Source: Psilocybe cubensis (Eukaryota). From it: 64,000 nucleotides of DNA. A model generated the notes under the pieces. That model made no database searches and was not told the origin of the DNA. It was given only the letters and a program-made list of their open reading frames with translations. The stretch covers positions 2,232,001 to 2,296,000 of the forward strand of contig CM039008.1 of the NCBI GenBank assembly GCA_017499595.2. The letters run 5' to 3'. The position numbers and the translations under genes were made by a program. This document shows, piece after piece, positions 12,789-26,943 of the stretch. Position 1 is the first letter of the stretch; the number at the start of each line of letters is the position of its first letter.

Positions 12789-14128
12789 TTAGGTCTTTCG
12801 CGCAGAGACTTTACTATGAGACTTATAATATTGATAATAGAGTGATGTCCTGCGACGCCGTATGTTTACCAAATCAAACCAATGTGATATCTAAAGGATT
12901 ACAATGCATTATGCAACACAGCACCACCAGTATCTTTACATGTTTCGAGATAGTTGATGGACACGGCACATATTTTGAGTGACTATGGATTAGAAAACAT
13001 AGTAATAAGATGATCAATGCATGAGTAATTTGGTAATACTTGTCAAACACAGTTCATGTGATGGCTGTTGATGAATGTTGCTACTGTTATATCCACTGGC
13101 ACTTGTTGTGCCCTTCCTGTGCCACTCTGGATGCTATATGTGTTTGTATGTTGTTAAGAAAGTTTGACAATTATTGCTATATATGTAGATTCTTATGCAC
13201 GACTGTAAAGCATCGGAAAGCTTGCTCGAGAACACTTTATTATCTCAATGTCTAAAAATAGCCACATTTCCGGACGCTCTTTCCACGTCAATTCCAAAAG
13301 TAAATATTCAATTGGGAAATATCCTCATGTTGAAGTTGCAAAAAAAATTATTGCTAAAATAATGTAAAATCATTCTATATCTAAAAATGCCATGAAAAAA
13401 AAATATATGCCCCAAAAGGTGTGCTTCAAGCTCGGAAGGTCGACCTCAGAAACTACTAAATCCATAAATTCATCCAACAAGATCACCTTGTAGGAAATTA
13501 CAACACACGGTATAAAGTGTATATATTTCAATTCATTTTTAAACCAGCTACATGTTGGTATCTTTTTTTTGATGTAATCTTTAGAATTGCTTTCAGAATT
13601 GCAAAATTACATAGAAAATTTTGAATCCGAGATCACCAAATTAGATTCCGGCACTGTATATGTGCTAAATATTGAGTGAGATAGCAAATATAACACTGTT
13701 TTTGTCTATACTTCCAAGATGAATGCTCTGTAGAATAGGTTGGTTACTCATATGCCCTTTTATTTGATCTCGAGTTCATCAGAATGTGAAAGTAATCAGT
13801 GACCCCTTCTTTTTGCATCATTGATACTGTCAAAGTAGCAGCAATCCCATTTTACATTATATATTCTTACTATATATTGCTATATATGATCACATAAACA
13901 AGATACAGGCCTCTAGTGACATTAGTAGCCTATAGGTTGTGCTAAATAAGTTGTCTACTCTGTGCTTCTGCCAATCAAGGTATCATACCACTGTTTGCCC
14001 GAGCCTACTCAAGGTAATTACCACAGCAGACTGACTGAACTCTACAAATGTGGGTCAATATTACCACTCACCACTGTCGCATGCCTGTATAGGTAACCTC
14101 TATGCTTTATCTGCGCTGCAAGAGCGCC

Positions 14129-14580
14129 GGGATAACGAGCAGTGCGCGTTTTCAACGCGCGCGCGCGCGCACGGTGTATGCGCTGGCTGAATCGATGGTC
14201 GCGGCGTGATGGGATTGATGGTGATGATCAATTTGATTACATCAATACATCAATGATCTGCAACCCGAATCGGGAAATCACCCAGAAATAATGCGGGCGT
14301 CATCCAACGTCGCCCCGCCCCATCCACCCCGCCCGCTGTCCATAACGTCGCGAAAACAATGCCGACGTGGTCTGCTCATCGAACCGACCCCGACGCATTT
14401 TTTTCCGCCCCAAACGGCCGCCCGAACAACGAGCTACGCCATTTTTCGCGCCCGGCGGGGCCCCGCTCACCGTGTTTGGGATTTGTTTGGCTGTATTGAC
14501 CATCGCCCAGCTGAAGACTTCAAATGTGGCACCTGGCAGTTGCCAGCGTAGATACTTCCCATACACCTGGCAACTGCCAG
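14129..14580. repeat. Right inverted arm of the outer element (uninterrupted, ~452 bp)
   Basis: Reverse complement of 8593-8884 joined to 12633-12788. Confidence 0.95.
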
Positions 14581-17121
14581 GGTACGAAGACTTCAGGGCG
14601 CGACTACAGGTGATGGACGAACGCTTCGATCTTCTTGAGCGCCGAGTCAGCACTCCCTATGCTGAGCCAGAGTGGGCTCTCGTACAAGCAAATCCGCGAG
14701 ATATGGGCATGTGCAGACCGCGACGGACGTGGTCAGGTGGCGCAGATGGAGCTGGCTGCCATCTTGCGCCTGGCGGGGTGGGTCCAGGCTGGAAGGGATG
14801 TCCGAGAGAGTCTGTTGGGGAAAGGTAGGTGGTTTATTTAGATCATTTTGTTTCTCGAACTCTAAGCTTTACGGGAAAGAAGGACCGCTTCCAACAATTA
14901 AGGGTATTTCTGATAAGTATCCACCAATTCCAAAGCCTGTTACGATTGTGTTGCCTCCTGTTACAGCCGATGTGTTAGAAGGTTTGAAGGAATATTTTCT
15001 GGAATGTGTCCCAGTTAGTGGAGCTCTTGAAAGTACGTCTGTCCATTAAATTTAATACCACTTTTTTGTCCCTCATGTCATACAGAAAGAGAGGTAATGG
15101 CTGTGTACATGCAGTGTAAACCGGATCTCTCTCTGGAAGCGCTCTACAGGGTGATGTCAGTCACTGCACTTGGTTAACACTGTTTTTATTTGATAGATAA
15201 CTAATATATGAACCCATACCCTTCAACTTGAAAACACACATCCAGGCAGCTAGTTGATCCTAAGAATGACATGTGCGATTTCAGGGGTTTTGCCACAGGC
15301 CTCCATGTCGTGCAAAATCTTGACAATGCAACACTATGCTCATCCGATCTGCCTGACCTGGTCAAAAGTTGCAAAGGCCTCGCGCACATCTCAGACACCA
15401 CCGAAATATATCAATCTTCTACCACTGGAAATTCTGAATCTAGGAAAGCTCCTACTGCAGCCGTGTTGAATACACCATCACCCCGGAGTATGAGCGGCGC
15501 GGGGCCCAATGCAAACATCCCACATCCTCGGGCATCAAATGAGCCACTTGTCGATGTCAAACTTCGTCCCAGTGTAGATTTGCTCCAGCAGATTCGTGAG
15601 GACCTAAGCCTCGTGACGTCCCAACTACAAACAGCGGTTCGTGGTCAGGCACAGCACATCAGCGAGGTCGACAAAACGGTCCTCTCTCTGACCCAAGAAA
15701 ATGCGCAATTGAAGCAGGAGTGCTATATGCTGCGCGCACAACTGGCGAACAAAGACACGGAGTATTTAAATATGGTAAAGTTCCTCAATGAACATATGAC
15801 AACGCTTCAGTCGACGGTTGACGCAATCATGGGCTCCCAAGAAGCAACGTACGAGTCTGAAGGACCAACCAGGCGAGATGTGAATGACGTCCCCTTTGTC
15901 ACAGAATATTCACCTACCAATCAGCCTTTCAAAAACGACAGAAAGGGCCCCGCTAATCAGGATTCGCGAATATCAATCGTAGCCTTGACCGACGAGACAC
16001 AACTTGGGAAAATCAAGAATTCCAGATATTGGCCCCCAGTTACGGACCCAGACATAGAAACAGCCAATCCACAGATATACATGCCCCACCAACCCAATAA
16101 ACCCCCACCCAGCCTCCCATTGCTTCTCGACGGGAACGCTCCTACCCGGCCAAGATTCGGCCCGAGATTGAAATCAAATACAACCAGCCCCCAGCTTCAT
16201 TTACACGGCTTGGACAGGTTGAATCACTCAAAGACTCCCGAAAAAGACGAAGACAATGAAGGTCCAAGTCAGATAGCTATGGTATCCCTAGGGTCCAACG
16301 GACACACTCAAAGCACACAGCCTAATGCAGCAGTACTTCCAGCGCTTAATTCCCTATCAAACCCTGACTATGTAACGAAGAAGTTTATGACCTCTCCTCT
16401 GGATCCTTCCCTCCCATATATTCCACAGTCAGACAAAGATATGGAAAGTATCAGGCTACATGTCCAACATAAAGGAAACATTGATCTCTACGGAATCGAA
16501 ATGTCAGAGCGTTGTTCTTCGAAAAACGGCCTCGACGTCAGCGTACAATCGCCTATGGACTCCTCATTCTTTCAACAACATGTTTCCACTTCTTTGGAAT
16601 CCACAAGTCATTCTGTTCCTGATAATCATCCACCCGTTTCATCGGACATCCCCGTCTCATCGGGAGTATCTACACCTCCAATCTCTGAATTTGTGTCTAT
16701 ATCTGCTACGTCCAGGTCTCCAGCTGGCATGGTAAAGAGGCTCTCAGGTTCTTCGTTTTCGTCCTACGCAAGTTCCGAGGACTCGATTTCCCATTTTCAC
16801 CGCCGTCGCCGATATCTGATCGTTGTATTCAGTCGTGTAATAGTCCTGTGCTCGTCGTTCCCTAGCTTCACGAGCCAGGCCTTCTGTGAGTCTCGTCGTC
16901 TCTTGATAAGGCAGTTTTCAAGCTGCACCGAATGATATGTTTGTACAGCTAACCTTTTCGATGCTGAGGAAATCCTCGTTGACAAATTACCACCTATATT
17001 CATTGCTATATTTACGGTCTGAAGCTATTTCGCGTCGCCTGTCGTCTATTATCTAGCCGCATGCTTTTGAAATTGCCTATAATGACGATTATTCATTAAT
17101 GTGAATCAATGAAATATCAAA

Positions 17122-19505
17122 TCAAACATCAACCTCGTCCAGGTCAAAACCAAACTTCTCTAAAAATGCCTCAAAGTCCCGACGACTCCTACCCTTGACA
17201 TATCTCCCCCAAGCTCCCCTTACTTTCCTCCTCAACTCCTCCATATTCCTCCTTTTTTCCTCCCCCTCTGGCCCGCGACACGCATCCAGCACCGCACGCA
17301 TCTCAGCACCAACAGCCGCGCGTGTGCCCTTCGGAGCGCGGCCGCCCAGAGAGAGGATAGGTTTCAGCCCAGCCTCACCCGTGCGTACTTCCACTAGCTC
17401 GAATGCGGCGTTGAGGTTTTGTGTGAGGTGTGCGGATGCGAGTGGCTGGTCAAATTCGAATGGCCAACATATCCTAAATAACAAAAAAAAGGCGAAAAAA
17501 TAACGTTTTTCAATACCCAAGGCTTTGGATGGGACCTAGTAGGAATGTCACGTACATAGGCACCCCGCTATCGAGTGACTCATGCACACCACTCTGCCCA
17601 GCATGAGAAATGAACCACCCAGTTGCCTTTCATGAAGGATAGTTAGGAAAAAGGCGCAGTTTATAAACACAACATAAAGCTTGGTTTTGAAACTTACCGG
17701 ATGATCCAGCACGAACTTCTGTGGCACCCACTTCGACACAAGTCCGCATTTAGACGCTGTAATCTTCTCAAGCACCTCCGCTGCAATATGTGCAAACGGG
17801 GATGCACATGAGAGGATCTGTACGCAAATCCGATTTATTAGTGATACCGATACGCACACGAGCCACCGTTGATATAGCGTCGAGTCAGCTAGAGTATAAA
17901 ACTTACGAATGGGAACTTCTTCTCAATAAGAGCTTCGAGAACTTCATCGATGTACTCATTGACCGTCGGCCAGAAAATAGATCCAAAAGATATCTTACGA
18001 AGGCAAGTAAGTTAACGAAAATAGGTCAGCTCAGTGCATAGAATGATCAAATGCAAAGCTCACCAATACAACCGAATTCTTTCCATACTCTTGCATCGCA
18101 TTGTCGAGGAAACGCTGCACCTCCGGCGATTCTGTTGAGCTAACATCCGCACCTAGAGCGGATGTACCATCGGTGACGCCAAATCTAGTGGGTTTAGACG
18201 CGAGCAGCGGGCCAACAACATACAACTCCTTCTTCCAATCATCGACAAACCAAGATCTAAGCGTGTCTACCGATTCCGGCTCGAAGTCGTATGGCGTCAA
18301 GGAAAAGCCGGCAGTGCAATCCTTTATACCCCTGGGAGAAGGTGGAAAGCATGGATGTCAGAAGGTTAGGATAAGCTTGGTTACACAAATCGACGCACTG
18401 CACGGCCAATTTAATGAGGTCAGAGATGATGGCCGTGGAACCAGATGTGACAAGCTGGGGAACATTAATCAATGAATATGAATACAATGGACATTTTTTT
18501 GCGCAGGTGAAACGTTTGAACTCACAACTTGTGGAAAATGCTCCCAATCATACATCGCAGGCAACCCAGGGATCTTATTGATCCTGCCTTCAGTTCGGTA
18601 ATAAACCTGCAAAAATACGAACATGCCATCAACTTGATCAAAAATTCCAAGAACCCCTAACAATTGGAGTTCAACGTACGGTGTCCCCAATCTCGCGCGA
18701 CGTCACACCTAGCCTTCTGGCCTCATCTTCAATCATAACTCCGAGATCGCCAAGGCCGCCCATATGCGCCGGGAGGCATATGTGCAGGGCGTACGACGCA
18801 TGCACGGGAATGAAACCGATGATAGGGACGCTGAGACCAGTGACAGTACGAGTTATAGCCATGAGAGGGCTTGCGAAGACCTATCGCAGGCCCCACATAT
18901 GCATTAGCTGACCGGGAAACGCGCACAAACGTTATCAATCAATAAGGACGACGTACATCCAGAAACACGATATCAGGGGCGCCGACGCCTTCAAACACGC
19001 GCCCGGTACTCGCACATGTTACAGGTTCACCGTCGACGAGCGTTTTGTACGTAGCAGGATAGGCTTCGAACATCGAGGTCATTTGTTCCATGAGATCCAT
19101 CGAAGAGGATTTGTATAACACGACAATTCTGTATTTTGAGTTCAAGGTGTCGGTATGCGCGAAATGAGGATTCAATAGACGTGGCTTTGTGACTTACCTA
19201 ACGCGTCGCCGGAGGTCCTGAAGTACTTCTTTGACTTCATCTCCATAGCTCAGTTCCGCTAACACCTCGGCCTCTGCTTGCTTGATGAACGTAGGAGGGA
19301 GGAAAAGTGTCACAGTTAGATTTCTGTGTTCTTTAGCCATACGCGCCGCGAGGACGCAGCATGATCTAGTGTGACCTGTAATATATCCAAGAAGAATAAA
19401 ATAAGAAGACAATGAAAAAAATTGTGTTAAAATGTGTGTCCAAAGAAACTCACCCCAGAGAGGCAAATATGTGAAGAGGAAATGATAATTTTTCTTGTCA
19501 GGCAT
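17122..19505 (-). CDS. UDP-glycosyltransferase (GT1 family), copy 1
   Basis: PLWG|HTR N-terminal catalytic His, IPGLPAMYDWE, YVVGPLL, ISFGS, PSPG-like WVPQKFVLDHP..TGWFISHAGQSGVHES..WPFEFDQP. Confidence 0.93.
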
Positions 19506-21672
19506 CGATGTGTTCCCGTTTCAGTGAGGCTTAACAACAATCTGTACCGGGGTGGAGGGTCGATAGTGGAAGTTAGATCAACGTTCTTATATTATGCTGC
19601 CCGAAAAGCGCTCCGCTCACCAATGACAGCCGAGAGCGTAAGACAAAACACCAAAGGCTGGGGTAAAACGTTAATGTTAACGCAATAAAGGTGAAACGAA
19701 AGCGCATATCGCACACTTGGTATTTCTTACCATTTTCGTCGGGTGTTACGGGACGACGCAGAACAGTCTGCGGCTCTGACAGAAAACGTCGACTCCTGCA
19801 AATACTTCAACGCCTAAGATGTCAAGTTCTTTTAACACCTTACCATCAAAGGCAATCATTTCATAAATACCATGACTCAAACAAGGCCAACCCTCGGAAG
19901 GAGGTCACCATCTAACCGACAGCCAACCAGCGCAACAACCGTGTGGCTCGGCCACGATTTTGTCCATAGCATCTGTGTCCACGATACCTAGCCAAGGAGT
20001 CATGAGTCTCCTGCCGCGTTCTATCGTCTTCTATCGTACTCTGTTTCACGAATTGGCATGCCGAGGAATATGAAGATTGATATCAGAGGGCGATGGTTGT
20101 TCTTGGACATTGTGATACAGATTCACCGGTACGCCGACCAATATGCAGGAAAACACTCGGATAAGATTAGATACGTCGATAAAATAGCAGTGAGTATAGC
20201 TGAGGGAAGACTCTGGGAGACTGCTGGAGGCTGGCTGAGAGTCGAGACCATGTCGAGAAGGTGGAACAAGGATCTAACTAGTCACATGATGGTGTCTGTC
20301 CCCAGCCGACCGGCAACGGCTATGAGACCATATTTGAATTATGTTTCTCACGCCCCTTAACGCGGATATATCGTTGACGACAAGCATAACACGGTTAACG
20401 CAAGTTTTGTAGAGGAAAATGGAAACATAATAGAAAGGTAAGAAATATGGTATATTATAATGCAAGAAGGTATTCATATGAGTGGATATACAGCACTGAC
20501 CGAGCTAGCTAAAGTTGAGGATTTTCCAAGCGAGTGGCGGTGGTAGTCGTCTGTATTCGTACGACTGATTCCAACACTGCGGCAGTCGTTAACCACCATC
20601 TTCTGCCATTTATGCATACATTTCTGCTGCCGTGTTGGTGTCTAAACATTAGGGGTCCGAGATAACTATGGTCCAAATGGACGATCTAAGTATATAATGC
20701 CAATTCTGAGTCCTCAAGGTTGTCAACCCCTTGATATTGTAGTATACTCGCAGTGTGTCTCCGACCACTTCGCGTGTCAAATGTAACAGTGCAAGTGGCG
20801 TCAGGCCCTGCGGCAGGTATCCTACCCATATACACACATATTGAGAAATTTTTTAGACACGAAGCCATCTAAATATCTCGAAGTACAGAATGACCTCAGG
20901 ATGAAAAACATGTCCGAATCAGAAGTGAATTTGCGAGAAATGTCTGGTTGAGTAAAGAAGTAGAAGAATACTCATATCTCACCCAGGACCTTCTTTTAGC
21001 TTACAGTCTGTCGCCCTGCTACCCGAAGTTTTAGGATGAACATCTGTGCACCAACGGCTAACTGCGCATGAAATGCCCACTCGCTTGGTCCCTTTCCCAC
21101 ATTCCATCGCATGATTTTAATACAACAAAGTTTGGCTGTTGATCATGACAGATATATAATTGTGTATTCCATTGGCTGATCTACTGACAAAGGAAAATGC
21201 CGCGTTGAGGGATAAATATAAATTTGCACATGATGAATGTAGCTCTAAAAACCTCCGATCGTTGTCCACAGATATAACCATAGCGCTGGGCATCTGGTCC
21301 TTTTTTTTGGTTCGTAGAGAATGCTTCCACGCTGTCAAAAATAACTTTACTTTCAAGCCGCCGAATGGTTCGGCATTGGAAACACCATGTTTGCGTCCTG
21401 ATTATAGTCCTGTCAGCAGTGCTGTGGGACCATTCAGTGAACCTAGGAACAGCACCTAATCCCACAAAGTATCCTGACAATGTAGTGCTGACTTCTAGCT
21501 ATCCGATACCAGAGTAACATTCAACGTAAGTGATGCACTCCATGAGCGCTTAATGTATTGAATCTTCATATGCAGATATGTACATAAATCTTCCGAAATG
21601 AAATGTCAGATAAATACGGAACATTCCCCATTCGACTTTGTTGCGTCAAACAGAGTTGGCGCTACTACCGAT

Positions 21673-23202
21673 TCAAACCAAGAAACCTTTTGCACCTCCA
21701 TGGTCGAGTTCTTCATTCCTTGTATCGCTTGCTCTGTCAGGGTCGGGGAACACAAGCTCTTCACGAGTGACCTTTATACCATCTGCTGCCTTGGACATTT
21801 CGTAGGCCTCTTCCAATCCGGGATGAGATACTACGCCATTACGGTAACGCACAGCCGTTGCAGAGCTTGTCCCAGCATTTCCTGAAGGTGATGCCAGTGT
21901 GGTACCATCCGTCAGTTCATCCACGCGCATTCTGCCATTGAGAACGGCCATCATGGAGTTGGAATAAACTTTTCCAAGTGTCAGCGAAGAGGCGAGGAAG
22001 TAAGATGGCTTTGACGGGAGGACCGAGAGTACAAGGTTAACAATGGCGACCATTGCTAGCGGTTCAATGCCAAAAATTAATACCATTCTCTCTGTAAGGT
22101 GATTTACAGGGGTTACAGACCTGTAATTGTCCCTGTTTCAATCACCAAGGCTGTTATTCGCTTTAGAATCATTTTTGTAGGCGTCATAGCCTCAGTCCCG
22201 CGTCTAGACAACTGTGAATATGGAAAATGTCTTTGAGTCAGAGGAGAAGATGCGCTGTATAGGTTTGAAGAATAACTCACATAATATGTCATGGAAGACG
22301 CTATGATCACGTCGCAAAGTGCGCTTGTACCATTCCATATCTGTGCAACGCTTCTGTCAAAGGCTTCAAAAAAAAATTCAAGTTGTAACCAGACTCACAC
22401 CTGCAGAAATCGAGTAGTTGTGTCCCAAAAGCAGGGTGATCAGTCCAGTATGTTTCTGAACTACAGCTGTGGAAATTGCCCCTCCCAGTTGAACCAAAGC
22501 CAGCTATAATGCGTCAGATCATGTATAGCAATAGAGAGTATAGGCACCGACAAATGCAGTGATTCCAGCAACAATGTAGGACCTGGAGAGAACCCGGATT
22601 CTGTAAGCATAAAAAGATTGGGCAATAAATGCAACTGTACAAATATAAAATGTCGGTAAGCCAGTGTAACTGAAGTAATACAAATAATACACAAACCTAT
22701 TCCAGTCAAAAGAGGTGCAGAAAACCATGTAAATCTAATTTGCTCGAAGTCGGCAAAATCTCCGTAGCCGGATGCGAAAATGTAAAAGGCAGATTGAGTG
22801 AAAAAGACGGTCTGCGCCAGTTCAATTACAAAAACCGTATAAACCAGCGCTTTATTTTGTATCGGATCCTTTTGAAATGCCAGATGATATATGTCTAATA
22901 AAGCAATGTTTATTTATTAGCTGGAACACCGGTAGGTGTATATGTAAACTTACAAATTTGCACGCAAAGGGCGCCGAATAAACCCCAGTGGAACATAAAC
23001 CCCAGGAGCTATGCGCACCAGTGTGAGTTGTTACGAGGCTCTAAAATTTGGTTATGTTCTTACTCGCGGGCCTGTCCTGTAATCAAAATCAGTTATTTTC
23101 TCAACGAATGCATATCGGCGTGAGTGCCAAAGCACCAAGCACCTACCTCGCCGCTACGTCAGCTGGGATTTCAGGGTATGTAGAATTTGCAATCGTGGCC
23201 AT
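21673..23202 (-). CDS. DUF6534-type fungal multi-pass (7TM-like) membrane protein
   Basis: Multiple hydrophobic exons (HWGLFGALCVQ, FQKDPIQNKALVYTVF, AFIAQSFYAYRIRVL, CDVIIASSMTYYL, LVIETGTIT) and the C-terminal signature LGKVYSNSMMAVLNGR. Confidence 0.85.
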
Positions 23203-24613
23203 TTTGGCTTGAGAAAACTCACATCATTCTTGCATTCCTTGCTTTTTCTACTCAAATCCAATGAAAGGGTGACAGAAACCGATACGGGCGCTTTGACTGA
23301 TGCGTTGCCTAAAGAAGAAATCATCTATTTAGAGACAAATTTGGCCAGTCACTTCACATTACACGGATCCGAAATTAAGCATTGTGGGAACCTTGGCTTA
23401 TATTTTTGACGCTCTAATCTCCACCGTTGATGGGTTGAGGTCATTCACTGAACTTAAAGCCATGATGGATAGATCTGTTTCATCATGCACCGCTGCTTTT
23501 GACTTTGTTCCATGAACGACCCTGTCGTGTGACACAAGCTAGATGGAAACTTCCGCTGCATGGTAAAGTAGGGTGCTTAAAAATGAGTATTATTAGACTC
23601 TTAAAGAAGATATCACCTTGAAGGAGATAAAAAGCTAACTGCGATTGCTTCTTAGTGATGATACTTCCAGTAAGAATATTCACGAACAATGCTGGAGGAA
23701 TTATTCTCATCAGGCAGCGCTGACACCACCTCTCTGGCATGGATTCAACTAAAATAAGACACCAATAGGTATAGGGATATGATCCAATCTACATCGCTCT
23801 ATATGGCGTGTTTAATATTCAGCCGCGTAACCTTCAATGGGAATTAATCAGTATCCCTCTGCAGGGGTTGGAGCACAGCACTAGGCTGATGGATGGGTTA
23901 TACATTTTTGTAGAAGAGCAATGATCATCTTTCTTCTAATCTACCAACTGAATACTAGCCAACTAATTTGAGAATAGTCCTGAGCTCGTTGTGAAAGCTA
24001 TCAGTTGATATTTCCCGTGGTCCCCGCTGCCATAAAAATAATTGGAAATCTGCCTTGCTGTTCTAGCTGCCACAAGTGACATAATTGACAGATCAATGAA
24101 CCCATTGCGCTTCATTAGGCGTGTCTTTTGCTTTGAGGCAATAGTGCTCTCTGCTACTGGATTAGAGGAAGAAACATAATTTGCAGAAATATTCTATGCC
24201 TGGCCTGAATAACGTATGTATAGGTACAAAGACTTGACTGTGTGACTGACGTACTGTTTTGGATACAATTTTCCGCGGCGATCTCTTCTTCCCTGATTCA
24301 TGCCTTTGTGGCATTTAAGAACAGTGGTTTATGATTAGTCCCATATCTCCATGGGGTTCGGTGTCAAAATTTCTCAAAAGCCATGGGAATCAATGCATTG
24401 CTAAATGTAACAGTGGGACGACCTTCCAGCTTCCGCCACCGTGCTGATGAGCCATGTGCATGGGTGGGAAAATGTGATACGAAGTATTTTTGTAGTGCAA
24501 AAATAGTACCTATCATCACTAGAGGAGTATATCAGGATACACAGAAGGAATGAGATAGTAAGAGTGTACTAGACTCCCAAATATCTATTGCCCACCTCTG
24601 CGCTGTCCAATCG

Positions 24614-26943
24614 ATGCTGCCATACTTTTTACGTAGCCTCGTCCCTAGGAAAGAACATCGGCAGCAGTCAAAGCCGCTGCGAATGGTCTTAAGTGAAATA
24701 ACGGCCATCCAATGGGCACATTTTCTATCAGGGTGAGACGTTGATTTATAGTACCTAATTGTCGGGGTGTTAACTAGAAATTAACAACATTCAAACTTCA
24801 CAATTGAATATTAGGTTACTGGCTTGGACTTGCGACTCCGTAGATTTCTTCTCAGTGTCTGTCAGCGTTACAAACCTTCAAACTCAATTCAATAGATCCA
24901 CGCACGACATTGTAAATCCTTCTTTCTTCTTGCTTTGAAACTTACGCCTTATGTATGGCACATAGACGACGGCAATTACACTAACGTTACTTTTCCGATC
25001 CGTTGGTGCGGTACGTGTCAGCATGGTAAAAAATGCACGACCTACTAAAAGTATCATTCACTGTCATAGGCCATTTTTGGGATGCTTTCTGATCGTTATG
25101 GAAGAAAATGGCCGCTCGTATTCAACCTTATACTTGTTTCCGTACTGGAACTAGGCGCAGGATTCACACAAACATTCCATCAGTTCCTGGCAGTTCGCTC
25201 TCTGTTTGGAATTGGAATGGGTGGTGTGTGGGGACTTGCAACAGCCACTGCCTTGGAGAATCTTCCCGTTGAAGCTCGTGGAATTGCAAGCGGAATTTTG
25301 CAAGAAGGATATGCCATTGGGTATCTCATTGCGGCTGTAATAAATTTGTGGCTGGTCCCAGAGGTCAGCGCTGGATGGCGCAGCCTTTTCTGGACCGCGT
25401 CCGGGATTTCTCTGTTTGCTGCCTTCGTTCGAGTACTTCTTCCCGAAAGCGAGGTTTTCTTACGAGCCAAGAACTCTGATGGAAATAAGGAGAAGACAGC
25501 TGCAGCAAAGACAAAGATCTTTATCCGAGAGACAAACACGATGCTAAAGAAACATTGGATGCTTTGCATATACGCTGTGGTGCTCATGACTGGTACGTAT
25601 CTCATACACACTTTCATGTTTCTCCCTCATTAATATAAAATACAGGATTCAATTTTCTGTCTCACGGAACGCAGGTATGACCATAAAACTTTGATCTTTT
25701 TAAATCTTCAATAACATTTCCCTGTAAAACACAGGACCTTTACCCGACTTATCTAACCGCTACAAAAGGCTTTTCCTCTCATAGCGCTACAGTTGCGACC
25801 ATCATCGGAAACTGTGTATGTACAATTCAGCCTTTGCATCGACCAAATTACTTAAACCATTTTGATAAATCAGGGTGCAATTGCGTACGTTCAGCCTCAA
25901 GCATGGATTTAGTTTTTTACACTCAAACTAACTTGATTCACAACCAAGCGGGGGAGTATTTGGAGGGTGGCTGAGTCAACACATAGGCAGGAGATTGACT
26001 ATGATGTGCGTACAACGTCAACATCTTACTGAATAGTTCATGTTTGGTTGCTAATGTACATTTCAGTATACATGTCTTTGTGATTGCAGGTAGCCTATCG
26101 GATATTCATAAAGTTTCAGTTACAATTTAAATGATTTTCTCGATGATTGTAGCATTTATTCCCCTGTGGATTCTTCCGTCCACTTTTGGACCTTTGTCCG
26201 CGGGGGCATTCTTCCTTCAGTTTGGAGTTCAAGGAGCCTGGGGTGTGGTGAGCACTTTATACATATCTTTTGTATCCTTTGGTAATGTTCTGTAAGATTC
26301 CTATCCATTTGGCAGAGATGTCTCCACCTGCGTTCCGTGCAACTTTTCCAGGGCTTGCTTACCAGCTTGGAAACGTATGTCCTTCATTCTTTTCTCGTGT
26401 GATTTTATGCCAATTAGGAGTCGTGGATACAATCATGTAGATGGCCTCGTCGGCTTCTGCCCAGATTGAAGCTAGTAAGTCATTGAACTGACGCAACCTT
26501 TGTAATACATACCCTAATATCATCATACCCAGCCGGCGGCGAACATCTTCGAACAACAATTGTACAGAAAGGAAAATCTGTCAATGTTCCAGATTATGCA
26601 TCTGTAAGCATCGACTCCTTTTATGTTCACCTTCGTAATTTACTTACTTTTTATCTCATTTTACAAGGTTCAGGGAATTTTTATAGGAGCCGTGGCTGCA
26701 TTTGTCATTCTTATGATTTTAATAGGGCCGGAGTACGTGTTTTTAGTTTTTCCTGATGGACTATGTAGTAAAATTTGCACTGGTAGACATCTTGGCTCTC
26801 ATTTCGAGAAACACAAAACGGCTTTCGAGGAAGGACAAGAGTCGGAGATCAATGACAACGATCCCCATGTTGCTACACTGAAGAGGGACAACAGTCAAAG
26901 AAGCTCAGAGGTCGATGAGAAAAAAAGTGAAGAGCAGGTTTAA
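24614..26943 (+). CDS. JEN1: MFS carboxylate/H+ symporter, Jen1 family; many short exons including an 11-nt exon
   Basis: LSDRYGRKWPL, GIGMGGVWG, ALENLPVEARG, Jen1 signature FNFLSHGTQDLYPT across introns, EMSPPAFRATFPGLAYQLGN. Confidence 0.92.

Larger units (their letters stand above)
8562..14611. mobile_element. Non-autonomous DNA transposon with 8-bp TSD (GATGGACG) and ~450-bp subterminal inverted repeats; superfamily uncertain (KDZ/Zisupton-like, MULE or hAT)
   Basis: GATGGACG at 8554-8561 and 14612-14619. Inverted arms begin exactly 31 nt inside each end. No transposase of its own in the 12789-14128 spacer. Confidence 0.9.
8463..17022 (+). pseudogene. Ede1/Eps15-like EH-domain and coiled-coil gene, disrupted in exon 1 by a nested transposon
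   Basis: Removing 8562-14619 restores the frame MKSLPVTKFVPSKDELALAEQMLRNTHAKTRWT|NASIFLSAESALPMLSQSGLSYKQIREIWACAD...RLAGWVQAG...EGPLPTIKG, which is homologous to 40508-43479. With the insert, a stop follows at 8568-8570. The 3' end is approximate. Confidence 0.85.

Noticed and set aside
19744-20390. Possible solo LTR (TGTTAC...ATAACA)
   Set aside because: No exact 4-5 bp TSD and no second copy in the window.
20500-21480. Short ORFs and splice-like signals on the minus strand between UGT1 and DUF6534
   Set aside because: Could not assemble a coherent frame or a recognisable motif.
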